From Mytilus edulis (Eukaryota), in NCBI RefSeq assembly GCF_963676685.1, contig NC_092352.1, positions 23,188,001 through 23,252,000 of the forward strand: a stretch of 64,000 bases of DNA, read 5' to 3'. Within the stretch, counting starts at the first letter, position 1, and every line of letters begins with the position of its first letter. The notes beneath the pieces are model-generated. The model was given only the letters and a program-made list of their open reading frames with translations. It was not told where the DNA came from and did not search any database. Of the stretch, positions 51,503 to 64,000 are shown one piece after another. The position numbers were made by a program, and so were the translations under genes.

Positions 51503-52267
51503 ATGAAATCTTTAAAAAAAAACGTAATAGTGATAGGGAGAAAGCAATGTGCCCAAGGTGCTTCTAAAGTTTTAACGCGGGAAATTTAAAAATACCACAA
51601 TAAATCTCTTTTTTATACAGGCAGGCTGTATATAGATATACATGTTGACATATCATTCAAATTTAAGATTTGATTTGCTTTTAAAAAAACCCACCAAAAA
51701 TGATAAATATACAAACTATTGTTTTTATATCTAATACCAAATGGCAATTTATAAAAAAATCTTTTAATTTTGCATTAAATCTGAGACTTCTATAGTACAT
51801 GTAGTCTCATATTAAATAGGAAGCAGAACGTATATTCTTGCTGATTGACTATGTATTTAAATCTGACGCTACACTTATTTATCTTAGACATCTTATAATT
51901 TTGCAAAGGCTTCACTGCTTTAATACTTTTGCTCTTCGTCTTGTCTTTATGTAAGATTATTTATTTTCAGCTTTAAATCATGCCAGGATATCAATTTTCA
52001 AAATCCTGTCCTCTTACAGCTCCAAAAAGTTAAATGGTTGTTAACATACTATAAAGTATGTTTTTCTATAGTTGTTTACATCAACAATTATTTATTTATG
52101 GTGGATTTTTAAATAAAGAATTTATTATTATTATATTATTATTATTATTTTTGTCTCATAAAATTATAGGCAATCAATCACATCTTTTTATTCTAATATA
52201 CCAACCACTAGAAACTAAAAGGATTCATTACATTTTCATTCTATAACATGAACTATCCATGCACTGT

Positions 52268-52575
52268 AGGGTAAGGGTGAAGATTGGTACATATTAAACC
52301 CGCTGCATTTATTTGCACCTGTCATAAGTCAGGAACCTGATGTTCAGTGGTTTTCATTTGTTGATGGGGTTCATAAGTGTTCTCTTTTCTTGTTTTTACA
52401 TAGATTAGATCATTGGTTTTACACTAGTCATTTTGGGGGCACTTTATAACTTGCTGTTCAGTGTGAGCCAAGGCTCCATGTTGAAAACTGTACTTTGATC
52501 TATAATGGTTTTCTTTTACAAAATGTGACTTGGATGGAGAGTTGTCTCATTGGAACTCATACCACATCTTTTTAA
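52268..52575 (+). mobile_element. Longer copy of the same SINE-like family with a Nin/Deu-domain-like segment
   Basis: ttaaacccgctgcattt..cctgtcataagtcaggaacct followed by the common ..gagagttgtctcattg..ataccacatctt tail (domain name from recall). Confidence 0.6.
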
Positions 52576-53688
52576 AACTATGTACAGACCTGCCAACTTA
52601 CACCATTTATGGTGGATTCCCTTCAACATGTAAAGTGATGACATGAGTTTTGAAATTATACAAACCAAACACCTCCAAAAAGGCATTTATATGAGTTATA
52701 AGGGTAATGCACATGCATACTCATTAAAACAATATAACAATTGGTTATGGCAATATAGGAGCTATAAACAGGTCTTTGTGGAGTTCAGGGGTAGATGACT
52801 TTATTAAGGGCAAAATTTCTGAGCATACAATATAGTCCCTTGTTTTCCTTGTATCATCCTTCTCCTAATCCATTATATGTTAAGGTTCTTATATTGTCTA
52901 AATTTCAATAAAACATAACAATAAGCTTCTAAGAGTCTAAATTGTTCACCTCTCAAAAATTTATCTTATATTGTTGATCTTTTTTTACAGTTCATAATGA
53001 TAAAATGGTTTTAAGATAATGGACAAAAGCTTTAAAGGTGAAAAATTACCATTAAAGGACAATAATTTCTGTAATTTTACATTTATGAGCTAAATTCATT
53101 GGAAGTGTAGCGATTGATAGTTCAGTATAGGATAACATGATATATCTATAAGTTGTTATTGGATTTGAATTCGGTTTCAGTAACTGTGAGTTCAAATGAA
53201 CTCTTATATTGGTGCTTCATTTCTATTGTTTTATGCAAGTAGTTGTTTTATTTGTGCTTTGAACCATTCTGTTGAGTCATGCACTTATAGTTGGTTCTTA
53301 TTTTGTGCTGTCCAACCACTGATCTAGGTTAGGTTGAGTTCCCACACACATGGTGAACAGCACCACATTCTTTATATGTCTGGAGACAGTTATTAAGTGG
53401 TTGTCATTGGTTCACATCCATCATATTTGTTTTTCATAAAATGTATGGTTATAAATAAATTTTCTCATTTAAATTGGGTTTACATTTTTCTAGTCTCAGC
53501 CTATCATAGCTGACTATAGGGTATGGATATTTTTCAATGTTGAAGACGATAGGGTGACCTAAGGCTGTGTATATTTTTTTCATTTGAACTCTAGTGGATA
53601 GTTTTTCTCATCAGTAATCATACCACATATTCGTATTTTCAAATCAATAATAAAAACACCTGGCTTCATTTATAAATATTTTTTTTAA

Positions 53689-53698
53689 TTTATTTATT
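53689..53698 (-). terminator. Candidate polyadenylation signal of the RASGEF1-like gene (implies about 2.8 kb 3' UTR)
   Basis: Overlapping AATAAA on the minus strand at the end of an AT-rich stretch (53700-56500) with no recognisable repeats. Confidence 0.4.
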
Positions 53699-56504
53699 TT
53701 TCATTGAGAGATTCAACAAGTCCATATAAATCATCAAATATTTACATAGTAGGTAATAACAAATAACTTTCTCAACCTTTTGAATGAGCAGTAACAAGTA
53801 CACAGTAAAACAAAATGTACCATGTAAAATGAAGTTTAGATATAACATGTTCTTTTCCACAATTAAAATCATTCTCACAGTAACAATATGTAAAACAAAC
53901 ATTCAAAGCTTTACACTATGTATGATAAATGAAGTATGTAGATTTCATAATGACTAGGAGTTATTCCACTTACAAATGTGACTAGGAGTTATCTCCCTTA
54001 TAAGTAAGTCTAAGTTCCAAATTTTATATGCATATCTATCATTAATAATCTATAACAACTGTCACTAATCCAACAATACTATTAAAGTAACATCAGATTT
54101 TAGTTTAAATTACTGGGACATTAATCCTAACATTTTTTTGCATTACTAAAAAGCAAGCAATGGAAAAACCAGTGTGTAAAAATATCTAATAAAATCTGGA
54201 ACTTCTAGTGGTAAAGTTGGCTGACATGAAATATAACATTAAAAGTTGATAAAAATTCTTAGGAAATTTCCAAAATGAATATAACATTTCAGTAACAATT
54301 AAAATTTCCAAAACAATATGAAATTTTTACCATTAACAAGTGTAAAATCTCTGATCACAAAACCAATTGTAAATTTAGATGTATGTGATGTGAAAATCTT
54401 AAATAATGTTTTAAAAGCACCATAACAGAATAATCTCAATGAATGTGATCAACAACAAGTGAAGCTCTGTATACATAATGAACATTGTTGTTGATGGATG
54501 AATAAGCAAAAATCTCTAGTTTTAAAATAAAACAAACAGCATCCTCTTGGTGCTTTTGTTTAATTAAGAAATTCAAAGCTTCTGGAGTAAATGGTGATAG
54601 GAAATGATATACATGGTTGAAAACTTAATACAAATTTAATTGACATTCTTTTCTATAAATTTATTATAGAACGAATATGAATTTAAGTTTTTAGAATATC
54701 GAATGAATAATAGATCAAATTCTAACATTGATGCATACATTCAGAAAATGGGTGAAAAATGTTCGTTGACTTCTTTCAATGTTTTATAACCATTTTTTAC
54801 ATCAAAACTGTTAAACCTACATGAGTATTTTAATAACTTAAGCATTCATAACACTGGTTGAATAATTTAACTTGATGCCTCAATGATATCACAATTAAAT
54901 GAAGAGGTTATGGCCATTAGTCAAATTACTATATATCCATTAAATTAACACTGTAAGTGTATCATTCTATAAATTGGGCAATTTTTTTTTTCTACAATTA
55001 CTTTTGTCGTTGTGTGTCATTCATTATACGAATTTCCATTTAAAGGTAAATTAATCATTCTAATGCTTTCTATAAAATGTAACAAGCTAAGAAGATAACA
55101 ATAATGTTACAAACTCTATCAAAATAAAGATATAAAAATAATTTTCAGCGTAATTTCTGTTTAGCATTACCAATTTGCAAAACTAGATTCAACATGCAAA
55201 CCAAAAAAAAAAAAAAAAAAAAGTATTTAATCTAACTAAGCTTCAAATAGACAAATCAAGTCCTAGTTTTGACAAAGCACATATATAAAAGTATCTTTAA
55301 ATAATAAGAACTATAATCTTGACAAAACCTCTTCCTAAGTAAATGCCATTTACAGTCAAACATCAAAAGCAAAAGCTTCAATATTTTAAGTCTATTTCAA
55401 GAGTTCACATAACCATGATGAGTCACTGACTAGCAGGGATGAACAATGTCAAATTGAATGAATGGAATGGTCAAATAATTTGAGGTAAATTTTTTAACAA
55501 GATTAATTTGGCAATAAATCTTATTCTGCATATTTTTTTGGTTTCAAGGGTGAAATATTCTGTCTTCAGTCCAGTTTGATTTTATTTTACTTATTTATCA
55601 GCCAAATTATTATTCTCACATTTGCTAAAATAATCATTTGTTTTTAAAAGAAATAAGCACCAACACACAAAACTCTGTAACCCTTCAATAAATCTTGGGC
55701 AGAAAGATGACATTGCTAATTGAATACTTGTCAACAACCCTGACATCCTACATAATAAAATGGCCAGTGAACACACCCTATAACCAGCTATTAGTACAGC
55801 AGATATATCTAGGATCTCTGTCCTGAAATATTGTTCAAACAACTGTTTTTGCTATTGAGTACAGCATATGTTCTGCTGTTCCAATTGGTATTGTAATACA
55901 ATGGACTTTGCAATCTTGTACTGTATATTTGAATCTGTGTTACCTTTTGCATTTGTACTAACAATAGCTGGTAATAGAGTGTAGTTAAGTACATGTACAT
56001 ATATATTCAGATAGGAGTTAATTTAATAAATATATCATTTTAAAACTAATTTTCTAATGAAGCATATCAATTAAATATATTCATTAGATTTGACTACAAA
56101 TATTTAACATACATTTAATTAAAATATAACTCTACAAAATATGTCCTGATAACTTCGTTGTGATGAGGCATGATAAATCAATGAAAACATTGCACTAGAC
56201 AAAGATATAGCACTAACAAATATGACAATCACATGATTATCATGTGATTATCTATGGCTGGAATGTCAAAGGAACACAGTCATCGTTTGTTTTAATCATC
56301 AAGTCTTTTTTGCATCCAACAGCTGATACAAGTATTCTGTCCTTAGGACTACCTCTTCTATTCTTGGACTGGTCAAGATTTAAAAAATCATAAACCAGTC
56401 TGAGTCTCTACACAGGTGGACCAACAATTGTACAAATGTCAAGGTCATCTGCAGTGAACACCAGGTAATAGGTACCATGCTTTATTTACATTGCTTCATC
56501 TTCG

Positions 56505-56526
56505 TCATGAGATGCCAACCTTTGAT
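56505..56526 (-). CDS. RASGEF1B: RASGEF1-like terminal coding exon
   Basis: ttctag|A TCA AAG GTT GGC ATC TCA TGA = KSKVGIS*. Confidence 0.75.
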
Positions 56527-59500
56527 CTAGAAATAAACAAATAGTTAAGTGATACTATAGACTTAAAAAAGTATATTCATTTCAAGTGCTTACATTTCTA
56601 ACAAAATATCAAACAAGTTGTAAGTTCTTTGAATAATTAACAATAATGATAATGCATTCAGTCATGTACACTTAACATTATATTTTATGATTATCTTGTT
56701 TTAACTTAAGACTATGTACATGGTATTAAAGTGTGCTTTTAGTTTAAAAACTTTGACATCACCATTAAAAAGGTGATTGATTCTTGGAATCTGAAGGTTA
56801 TTCGGAGCAGATCTAAGGTCATTAAGAGACAAAATTCAGCTAAATACCAAAAGTGTAGTAGTTTATTCAAATGTTGTTACTTACTTTAAGTCTTTGTGTC
56901 TCTCTTTTTCATTTTTTGAGAATGGTGCTTCACATTCAAATGATGCTAAACTTAAATCTGAAAAATAAAATACATTTTCGTCTAAAAATGTTCATGTCAT
57001 GTTTGATTACTGTAAATTCAGAAATTATTGCGTTCATTTATTATTGCGATTTTGTCATTTTAAATTAAATGCGATTTTAATTATTACGATTTTGAGAAAA
57101 GTCATGCTTAATTCAGTTAAGAAATTACAAAATGCGAGTTTTAATTATTGCGGTTACAACTCTGTCGCATTATTCGCAATAATAAAAACCTCGCAATAAT
57201 TTCTGAATTTACAGTATGGTTAAATGCAATAATCAATTACATTTTTGTTTGTTAAAAAGAAATCTGACTAGTCATGAATTTATTTGAGCTTGAATGAAAT
57301 ATTTCAGTTCACTGTAATACCTTTTGTCACAAACAAATCATTCAGTTTTGATTCATTAGAGATAATTAATGCTAACAAATGTGTACTTACTGGACTCCGA
57401 GAAAACTGGATTTGTTAGAATATAATGTAAAACATCTGCCTTCTTCTCAAAGGGACACTGAAACAGATAAACAGACAATGACCATTGTGTTAAATCTCAA
57501 AATGGACAATACTTTGGTATTGGTTATATAGACTTAAATTTACTTTCCATTTACATATTTCAATACTTACTTTGGCGCTTTTATACTCTGTTTCTAAACA
57601 ATTATTTCAGCCAAATGTTCCTTTGCAATTTAAATTCATTATCTATTTTACAAATGTTTATGTATAAAACTCAGCATACAACTGTTAAAGGAAATGATAA
57701 TTGTTTTAAATCTAGATATTTTTTTCTGAATTGAATAAATGTTGACTTCTTACCTGAACTTGTTGCCAGGTGACTAATCCGGAAATCTGTTTAGCTAGCT
57801 GCCAGAACTTTTCAAAATTGATATTACCATTTTCTAATCTGAAAAATGATAAGTAAGTGTAAACAAAACATGAAAAACTCTAAAGTATAAGACACAATTT
57901 TCATATTCTAAAGGAATTGTACATGCTATTTTGAAAGTTGAATAAATCAATCAATCAAATATAACATTAGTTACTAGATTTTATTTTCTTAAGCTGATGT
58001 CTACTTGCATTTTTTTCTTTTTTTTTCACTACAAGCTATAGGCACTTTGTTCGTTTCAAGTGATTTTCACCTAAATTCTATTTTAATTTCTAAGATAAAA
58101 CCACAAACTCTTATAACAAATACTTACTTGCTAGAATGGCCTTCATTAAGGAAATACAGATCTTTTACAAACAGACTGAAGAAAGGAATGACTATCTGAA
58201 AATATAATTAAAAAACCAAACTTAAAATGTGATTAGTATTTCAGTTCATACTATAATAAATTAAATTAAATTACAATGGAATGAAATTATTATCTACCTT
58301 TGAATTTGTTATTTCTTTGTTCAGTGTTGTTATATGTCTGAATATTGTTCCCAGAACTTTGTACAAGTCTTCTCATAAAATTACATGATTTGATTTTTCA
58401 GCATCTATAAAATGGTCTGAAATTATTCACACATTTGAATTTTTACAATTTTATAAGATCATGCATGTGTATGCACCTTATGGGCTCATAATGGAACAAA
58501 ATGATTCTCATTAATACAATCAATTTCTATTAACTGATATGATTCATTAATTACTTTGACAACTGACCATTTCATTTTCCATTAAAACGTACCTTTTCTC
58601 GTGCATTGGTAGCGCCCTCTGATCTCCACATGGCTGCCTTTAGACAGGACCTATAGCTGCCAAAGTTGTTCGATGGGTCCATTTGATGTTCTAAAATCTC
58701 AAATTTTGCTGTATTTACTTTAGCCCACTGAAAAAAACAATAGACAAGAATGATTTACCTAAAATAAGGAGTAATGGTATGACTTAACAAACTCTGAATA
58801 AAGTTAATATGAAACAATTCTACTCTTGAACTTGCTCTTTATGGTAAAGAAATGAATTGTCTCCCTTTGCATAGGCTGATACTTGATTTTATTGGTACTA
58901 TCTGGTCTTGACAATAATATCCTTTTTACACTATAATAATTGAACCTGCTGGATTGACAGATAGCTGTTTTAACGTCAAATGGCAAATTACATAAACTAA
59001 ATAAATCCACATTCAGGAAGAAGTTTATGAATGATCAATATGGCTGTTTTATAGTCTGAGAAATAGACAGGCCTATGTTCTATATCTACTTACTGTTTTC
59101 TTTAACCTTGACACTTGGCTCATATTAAGACCAGCTATAATGGCTATCAGAGAATTGAAGTTACCAATGTTGATGCATTCCTTCCCCACATCTAAGAAGT
59201 ATTCTATCACTTTTACCCTATTTTTCTTCTTTAAATGCTGAAATTGAAAACAAAATGAACTTAAATATTTGTATTATCATAACATTTTTTATATGAATTT
59301 ATAGGTCATACAATTTATTACTGAAAACCATTGTATTCACAATAATATACTTCTATATCAAATTTCTGGTGTTTTTATAACGTGTATATTTAGTGTCCCT
59401 TATAATTTCATGATATTTTAAGATGCCATGATCACTTTAATGAACTATTTGATATTTAGGGGCCTTTTATAGCTTATTATGTAGTATGAAATTTGCTTAT

Positions 59501-62415
59501 GTTTGAAGGCTGTACAATGACCTATAGTTGTTAACTTCTACACCATTTGGTATCTGGTAAAGAGTTCTCATTGACAATCATATCACATCTTCTTATTTTT
59601 ATATTTTGAATGAAAACAGAACATAATCCTTATTTGTGATAGTATTAAAATACTTACTGAACATATTTCTGTTGTGATTAGGTAACTTAATCTATTAAAC
59701 CAATTCACATAAGCTTCTAAGTTGGAGGTTTTCTTCATATCTTTAAATGATGTCTGTAATAAAATAAAAGAAATTGTCATTTCTAATACACATTTATATT
59801 TCTACTTTAATCCATTGCTTGTCAGAGTAATTACAATTATCTAACATTATTGTAGTATTAAACCAATTTTTAAGACGTTTCGGCTAATGGTCTTCTTCAG
59901 TTTCTTTATTTTTCTTCAACTACATTTTAAGATGATAACATCTTAATGAATGAAAAAGAAAAAAATACTACAATAATGTAAAGTATGTTCCTTATTGGAA
60001 GTTAAAAAAAAAGAATTATCTAACAAATAATTTGAATACATTATTTCCATTATGGATACTGGCTTATTATTTTGGCAGACAGAAATAAAATAGAATTTAA
60101 AAAAAAAAAAAAAACACAATTTAACTCAACTCTATGTATAAATCATAAATGTTTGTTTTGTTACATCCTTTTTATTTATCAAAAACCTCATACCTCTGAA
60201 CTGACAGGTTCTTTGGCAAATGCTTGAACAAACTCTTCTGGACCAATTTGTCCAAGGCGTTCCTGAAAAAAATTTATTACAAAGGTTAACATTTGACAAA
60301 CATTTATCATAAAACATAAAAAAAGAGGCAAAGCCTGTAAATACAAAATGTCACAGATACTTGGGACTCAGTGAAATTCTAGATTTGTAAATTTCTATCA
60401 CAAAACGTAATTAAGAGGCGAAGCATGTAAATACAAAATGTGAAAAGATGCTTTGAACTCAGTGATGCATACTCCAGATGGTTATATTTTACATATTCTT
60501 GTATATATCATTTGGGGTTTTAAATATACTTAACATCTGTTACATAATATATTCTAAGTACATTTTCAGAATATCATATCACATTAAGGATCAAAATGTC
60601 AAAATTTTCTAAATCTTTTACTTAATAACTTCTTTTGAATTGTACTTACTAGTTCTATATGTGTGAGTTGTTGTGCACATTCTAATGGACTAGGACAGAT
60701 TTCAGTGATGTCAGTCTACAATTTAAAACAAAGTCATATATTAACTTAAATAATTGCATGAAAACAAATCATTATATTAACTATAAAGCTGTACAGGTAC
60801 ACATAAAAAAAAACTTATCAAACTTAATACCAAAGAGTTGACTTCTGGCCTTTTCTAAATCCCTAAAAGCATATTTGATTAAATTTTGTTGTGTGAAAGA
60901 CTGTCAGTTATTCTCTGAAGGCAAATAATTCACCTATGAGGCATGCAACTGAAAAAATGCGCTATAGTTGCAAATAAAGAAAGAAAAAATACATGCTTAC
61001 AAGTTGTATTGTAAACTCTTAAATATGTAATCCCTTTGATCTTCCATTGCAAGCTATATATCATTTATGGTATATTTCCTTGGTAATATTTTTGTAACCT
61101 GTCAAATCAGAGTAAAAACTTACTGTAGGGACTTCCTGAATACTGGACTTTCGTACAGCTTCTGTGTTGATCTTAGACAATTCTTCTTCATATTTATGTA
61201 ATGAGGACAACTGAAAAATGTGAAGAAAAATTAAAAAATTGCTATGCATTTTAAGTAGACTAGAAACTGTAAATAAATTCTGTGGAAATGAATCAGTATT
61301 TATCTTTTAATTAGCATGTTATCTATCATTTTAATGAATGAACTTGCAAGATGTGCAAATGTTTTTGATTCTACTTTAAGGAATTTGGAAAATTTTCAAA
61401 TATCTATGTTTTATATCAAAATTAAACACCCTATTCTTGCCAAACACATTCATTATTGGAACAGTTTCAAATAAATGTCCAAACTAGTAAAAGTGCCAAA
61501 CTTTCACTATTAACCACTAACAACATCCTCTTACCCTAAGACATCTGTATTATACAATCAATTATATTTACTCAAGTAATCAAGTGCTTCTTAATGATTT
61601 TATCAATAAAACATTACAGGAAGTCAAGTTTATATAACAGCAGATCTTTGATTATCCCAAAGTTTTATCTCAAAATTCCAAAATACTGGATTGTTTCCAA
61701 GGAAAAACAAGGGAGACAACTATTGTTCAAAGTTAAGGGGAGATAAATAAGGTTAAAGTGCAAAGTGTGACACTTTTATGTGATGGCCTCCACAATAGTT
61801 GTTGAAGGTGTGGTCCATGACAACATTTGACCTCGCACTACATAAATTACATTTAGTTGTATTTTTTACAATCATAAACATTAGTAATATCTTTGACCTA
61901 AATTTGAGACTGCTAATGTTACTCATCAGGCTGATAAAATAAACATAAAACCTTCTGTATCTAAACTTTTTATGAATGAAAACTTTGTGTTATCTGATAA
62001 GAGTGAGGTGGCTAATATGTTTACAAAAATATTCATCAATGAATCCTGTGTTTATTTTAAATAGAAAATGCTTGTGGTTTGTACTCTGTGGTTTTTATTG
62101 TATAATGAAAATTTAGTGCATGCTGAGTTGTACACACTTTATAATAACCACAATATCTGTATACAGATGGTACTTTCTTTTCAAATGGATAAGCTCAAAA
62201 TCCAATTATGTTTTATCTTTTTGTTGTATAAAGTACAGGTTGGGTGCAGTTGATCATTTATACTATTGCTTACCTTATTAATTAAGTTATGAGTAAGACT
62301 AGCAAAATCTGTTTGGAGTTCTGGATAAATACTAATGATTCTTTGGGTGATTTCTTTTAACTGTTTCATCATTCTATCATCTCGGAAATCGTAAGGAAAC
62401 ATTTCTGTCCATTCT
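56505..62415 (-). CDS. RASGEF1B: Ras-GEF domain family member 1 (RASGEF1A/B/C-like), last 12 exons; 5' part not traced in window
   Basis: Spliced frame gives EWTEMFPYDFRD, AQQLTHIELERL..IGPEEFVQAF, NLEAYVNWFNRLSYL, GNFNSL, MDPSNNF..YR, VIPFFSLFVKD, INFEKFWQLAK, LASFECE (REM end plus CDC25 domain). Vertebrate paralogue letter cannot be resolved. Confidence 0.9.
56885..56957 (-). CDS. RASGEF1B: RASGEF1-like exon
   Basis: LSLASFECEAP..EKERHKDL. Confidence 0.9.
57008..57216. mobile_element. Same MITE family, copy 2
   Basis: TA|ctgtaaattcagaaattattgcg..cgcaataatttctgaatttacag|TA. Confidence 0.9.
57391..57457 (-). CDS. RASGEF1B: RASGEF1-like exon
   Basis: CPFEKK..YILTNPVFSE. Confidence 0.92.
57754..57838 (-). 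CDS. RASGEF1B: RASGEF1-like exon
   Basis: NGNINFEKFWQLAKQ. Confidence 0.93.
58128..58195 (-). CDS. RASGEF1B: RASGEF1-like exon
   Basis: IVIPFFSLFVKDLYFLNEG. Confidence 0.93.
58593..58727 (-). CDS. RASGEF1B: RASGEF1-like exon
   Basis: WAKVNTAKFEILEHQMDPSNNF. Confidence 0.93.
59094..59237 (-). CDS. RASGEF1B: RASGEF1-like exon
   Basis: ECINIGNFNSLIAII..VSRLKKT. Confidence 0.93.
59658..59753 (-). CDS. RASGEF1B: RASGEF1-like exon
   Basis: NLEAYVNWFNRLSYLITTEIC. Confidence 0.93.
60194..60262 (-). CDS. RASGEF1B: RASGEF1-like exon
   Basis: ERLGQIGPEEFVQAF. Confidence 0.92.
60650..60715 (-). CDS. RASGEF1B: RASGEF1-like exon
   Basis: TDITEIC..AQQLTHIEL. Confidence 0.92.
61124..61210 (-). CDS. RASGEF1B: RASGEF1-like exon
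   Basis: LSSLHKYEEELSKIN.. Confidence 0.88.
62274..62415 (-). CDS. RASGEF1B: RASGEF1-like exon
   Basis: EWTEMFPYDFRDDRMM..LINK. Confidence 0.92.
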
Positions 62416-62823
62416 CTGTAAAAAAAAATTATTACTTCTAAAGTTTTCCAATAAACATTTTTTCACTTTTGAATGAATCACCCTTTTGAATGCTTTCAAT
62501 TAAAAAAAAATGCATTCAGCTTCCTTTAGTCTTTAGTGTACCTGATGTATGCTATTACAGAAACAAGAAACAAGGATTAGGTGCGCTGAAATTGTTATAA
62601 CCTTTAAATTAAACTTTATAAAACAGTTGGAGTCTTGGAATTCTTACAATGTTAAACAAGCAATTAATGAATGGGAAAATCTTATTAAGCCTGATATAAT
62701 GCTCTTCAACTACAGAGTTTGACTGACAGAACATATATAATTTGTTTCACTTCGAAAACCTGTTCAGTATGTCTAACTGTAAACAGAATCCTGACTATGC
62801 CTAAATGTAAATAGATTCCTAAA

Positions 62824-63031
62824 TACTGTAAATTCAGAAATTATGGCGTGCATTTATTATTGCGATTTTGTCATTTTAGACTTAAATGCGATTTTTATTT
62901 TTTATTTTGAGAAAAATCCTGTTTAATTCATATAAAACATTTCAAAATGCGAGTTTAAGTTATTGCATTTACAACTCTGTCGCATTTTTCACAATAATAA
63001 AAACCTGGCAATAATTTCTGAATTTACAGTA
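62824..63031. mobile_element. Same MITE family, copy 3
   Basis: Same TIRs and internal sequence as 57008-57216. Confidence 0.9.
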
Positions 63032-63174
63032 TATTAATCAGATTTCAATATTCTCTCATTTTGTTTAGAAAAAAAACGTCCAGCCATCGATCGACATAAA
63101 CCTGTTATTCCTCTTATTGTACCCCTCTATAATTGTACATGTATATATTTTTTCTATACTCTGACAGTCTGATA

Positions 63175-63327
63175 CTTATTATTTTTTCTGTGATATTAAC
63201 TTATTATTTTTTCTATGATATTAACTTATTATTTTTTCTGTGATATTAACTTATTATTTTTTCTGTGATATTAACTTATTATTTTTTCTGTGATATTAAC
63301 TTATTATTTTTTCTGTGACATTAACTT
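63175..63327. repeat. 25-bp minisatellite, about 6 copies
   Basis: attttttctgtgatattaacttatt repeated. Confidence 0.92.
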
Positions 63328-64000
63328 TATAATCAATGTAGACATGTACCTGTAATTAGTTTCTAACACATTATGAGAGGCTGAAAAACCACCATGATAT
63401 TGTCATGGAGTTGTCTACAGTAATCAATGTCAAACACAAAAGAGAGACTGAAAGAACACCATGATATTGTCATGGTGGCATAGCATAATTTGTCTACAGT
63501 AATCTATAAGAATGACAGGTGCCTATTGTTTATCTTGCACACATACCTAAACATCAAGTATAAAATGTAAATCAAGAAAATGTCAATAGAAGCCACAACC
63601 ACACATACAATGCATGATCAAATACTGTTTTATCATGTGGTTAGAAGGTGTCACTTTTTCTCAAGTACCAATCTCCTCTCTGATAAGTGTCCAGGATAAA
63701 AATAAATATGGTAATCTTTACAGGAGAATGTTTTTTTCTTAAAACCCACCTCCACATCGGACATTCCACCTTGTGATGCTCATGGGATTAGGATGTTTAT
63801 TTCCTTTTGTGGGGAAATGAAACAAAAGTGAAAATGTGACCTATGTCTATAAAGGAATAAAATTGATTCATCTTTTTATAAAAACTGAATGTCATAACTT
63901 TTTCTAAATCTGGAAATAGCAAATCAAAACAATTCAAAATCAAATATATATATAAATATAGATTTTAAAATTGGTGATCTATTTTTATATAATAAAGTTA

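Noticed and set aside
60323-60464. Two-copy 50-bp duplication (similar small ones at about 1545-1620, 29150-29180, 53950-54000)
   Set aside because: Ordinary local duplications that contain no exon sequence.
62416-64000. Further upstream RASGEF1-like exons
   Set aside because: Splice-like motifs near 62650 and 63750 gave no translation matching the expected REM domain.

Overview
AT-rich eukaryotic genomic DNA. The repeat families suggest a bivalve mollusc, probably Mytilus-like (inference). Two intron-rich genes lie on the minus strand. (1) An axonemal inner-arm dynein heavy chain, DNAH3-like. I traced 57 exons with continuous frame and GT-AG boundaries from a probable first exon at 51284 down to 1353; the gene continues off the left edge. 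An RFX X-box-like site and a CCAAT box lie just upstream. (2) The last 12 exons of a RASGEF1-family Ras exchange factor (62415-56505), probably with a long 3' UTR. The introns hold many non-autonomous elements (P-like, Kolobok-like, Tc1/mariner-like MITEs, Helentron/HINE-like, SINE-like, a decayed CR1/L2-type RT). The most unusual signal is three unrelated intronic tandem arrays (91, 44 and about 110 bp units), each built from the gene's own exon 3' end plus its splice donor, together with two single duplications of exon starts. One long intron in the AAA4 region also holds frame-preserving candidate cassette exons and a 12-nt microexon. All coordinates and translations were read by eye; no database searches were run.
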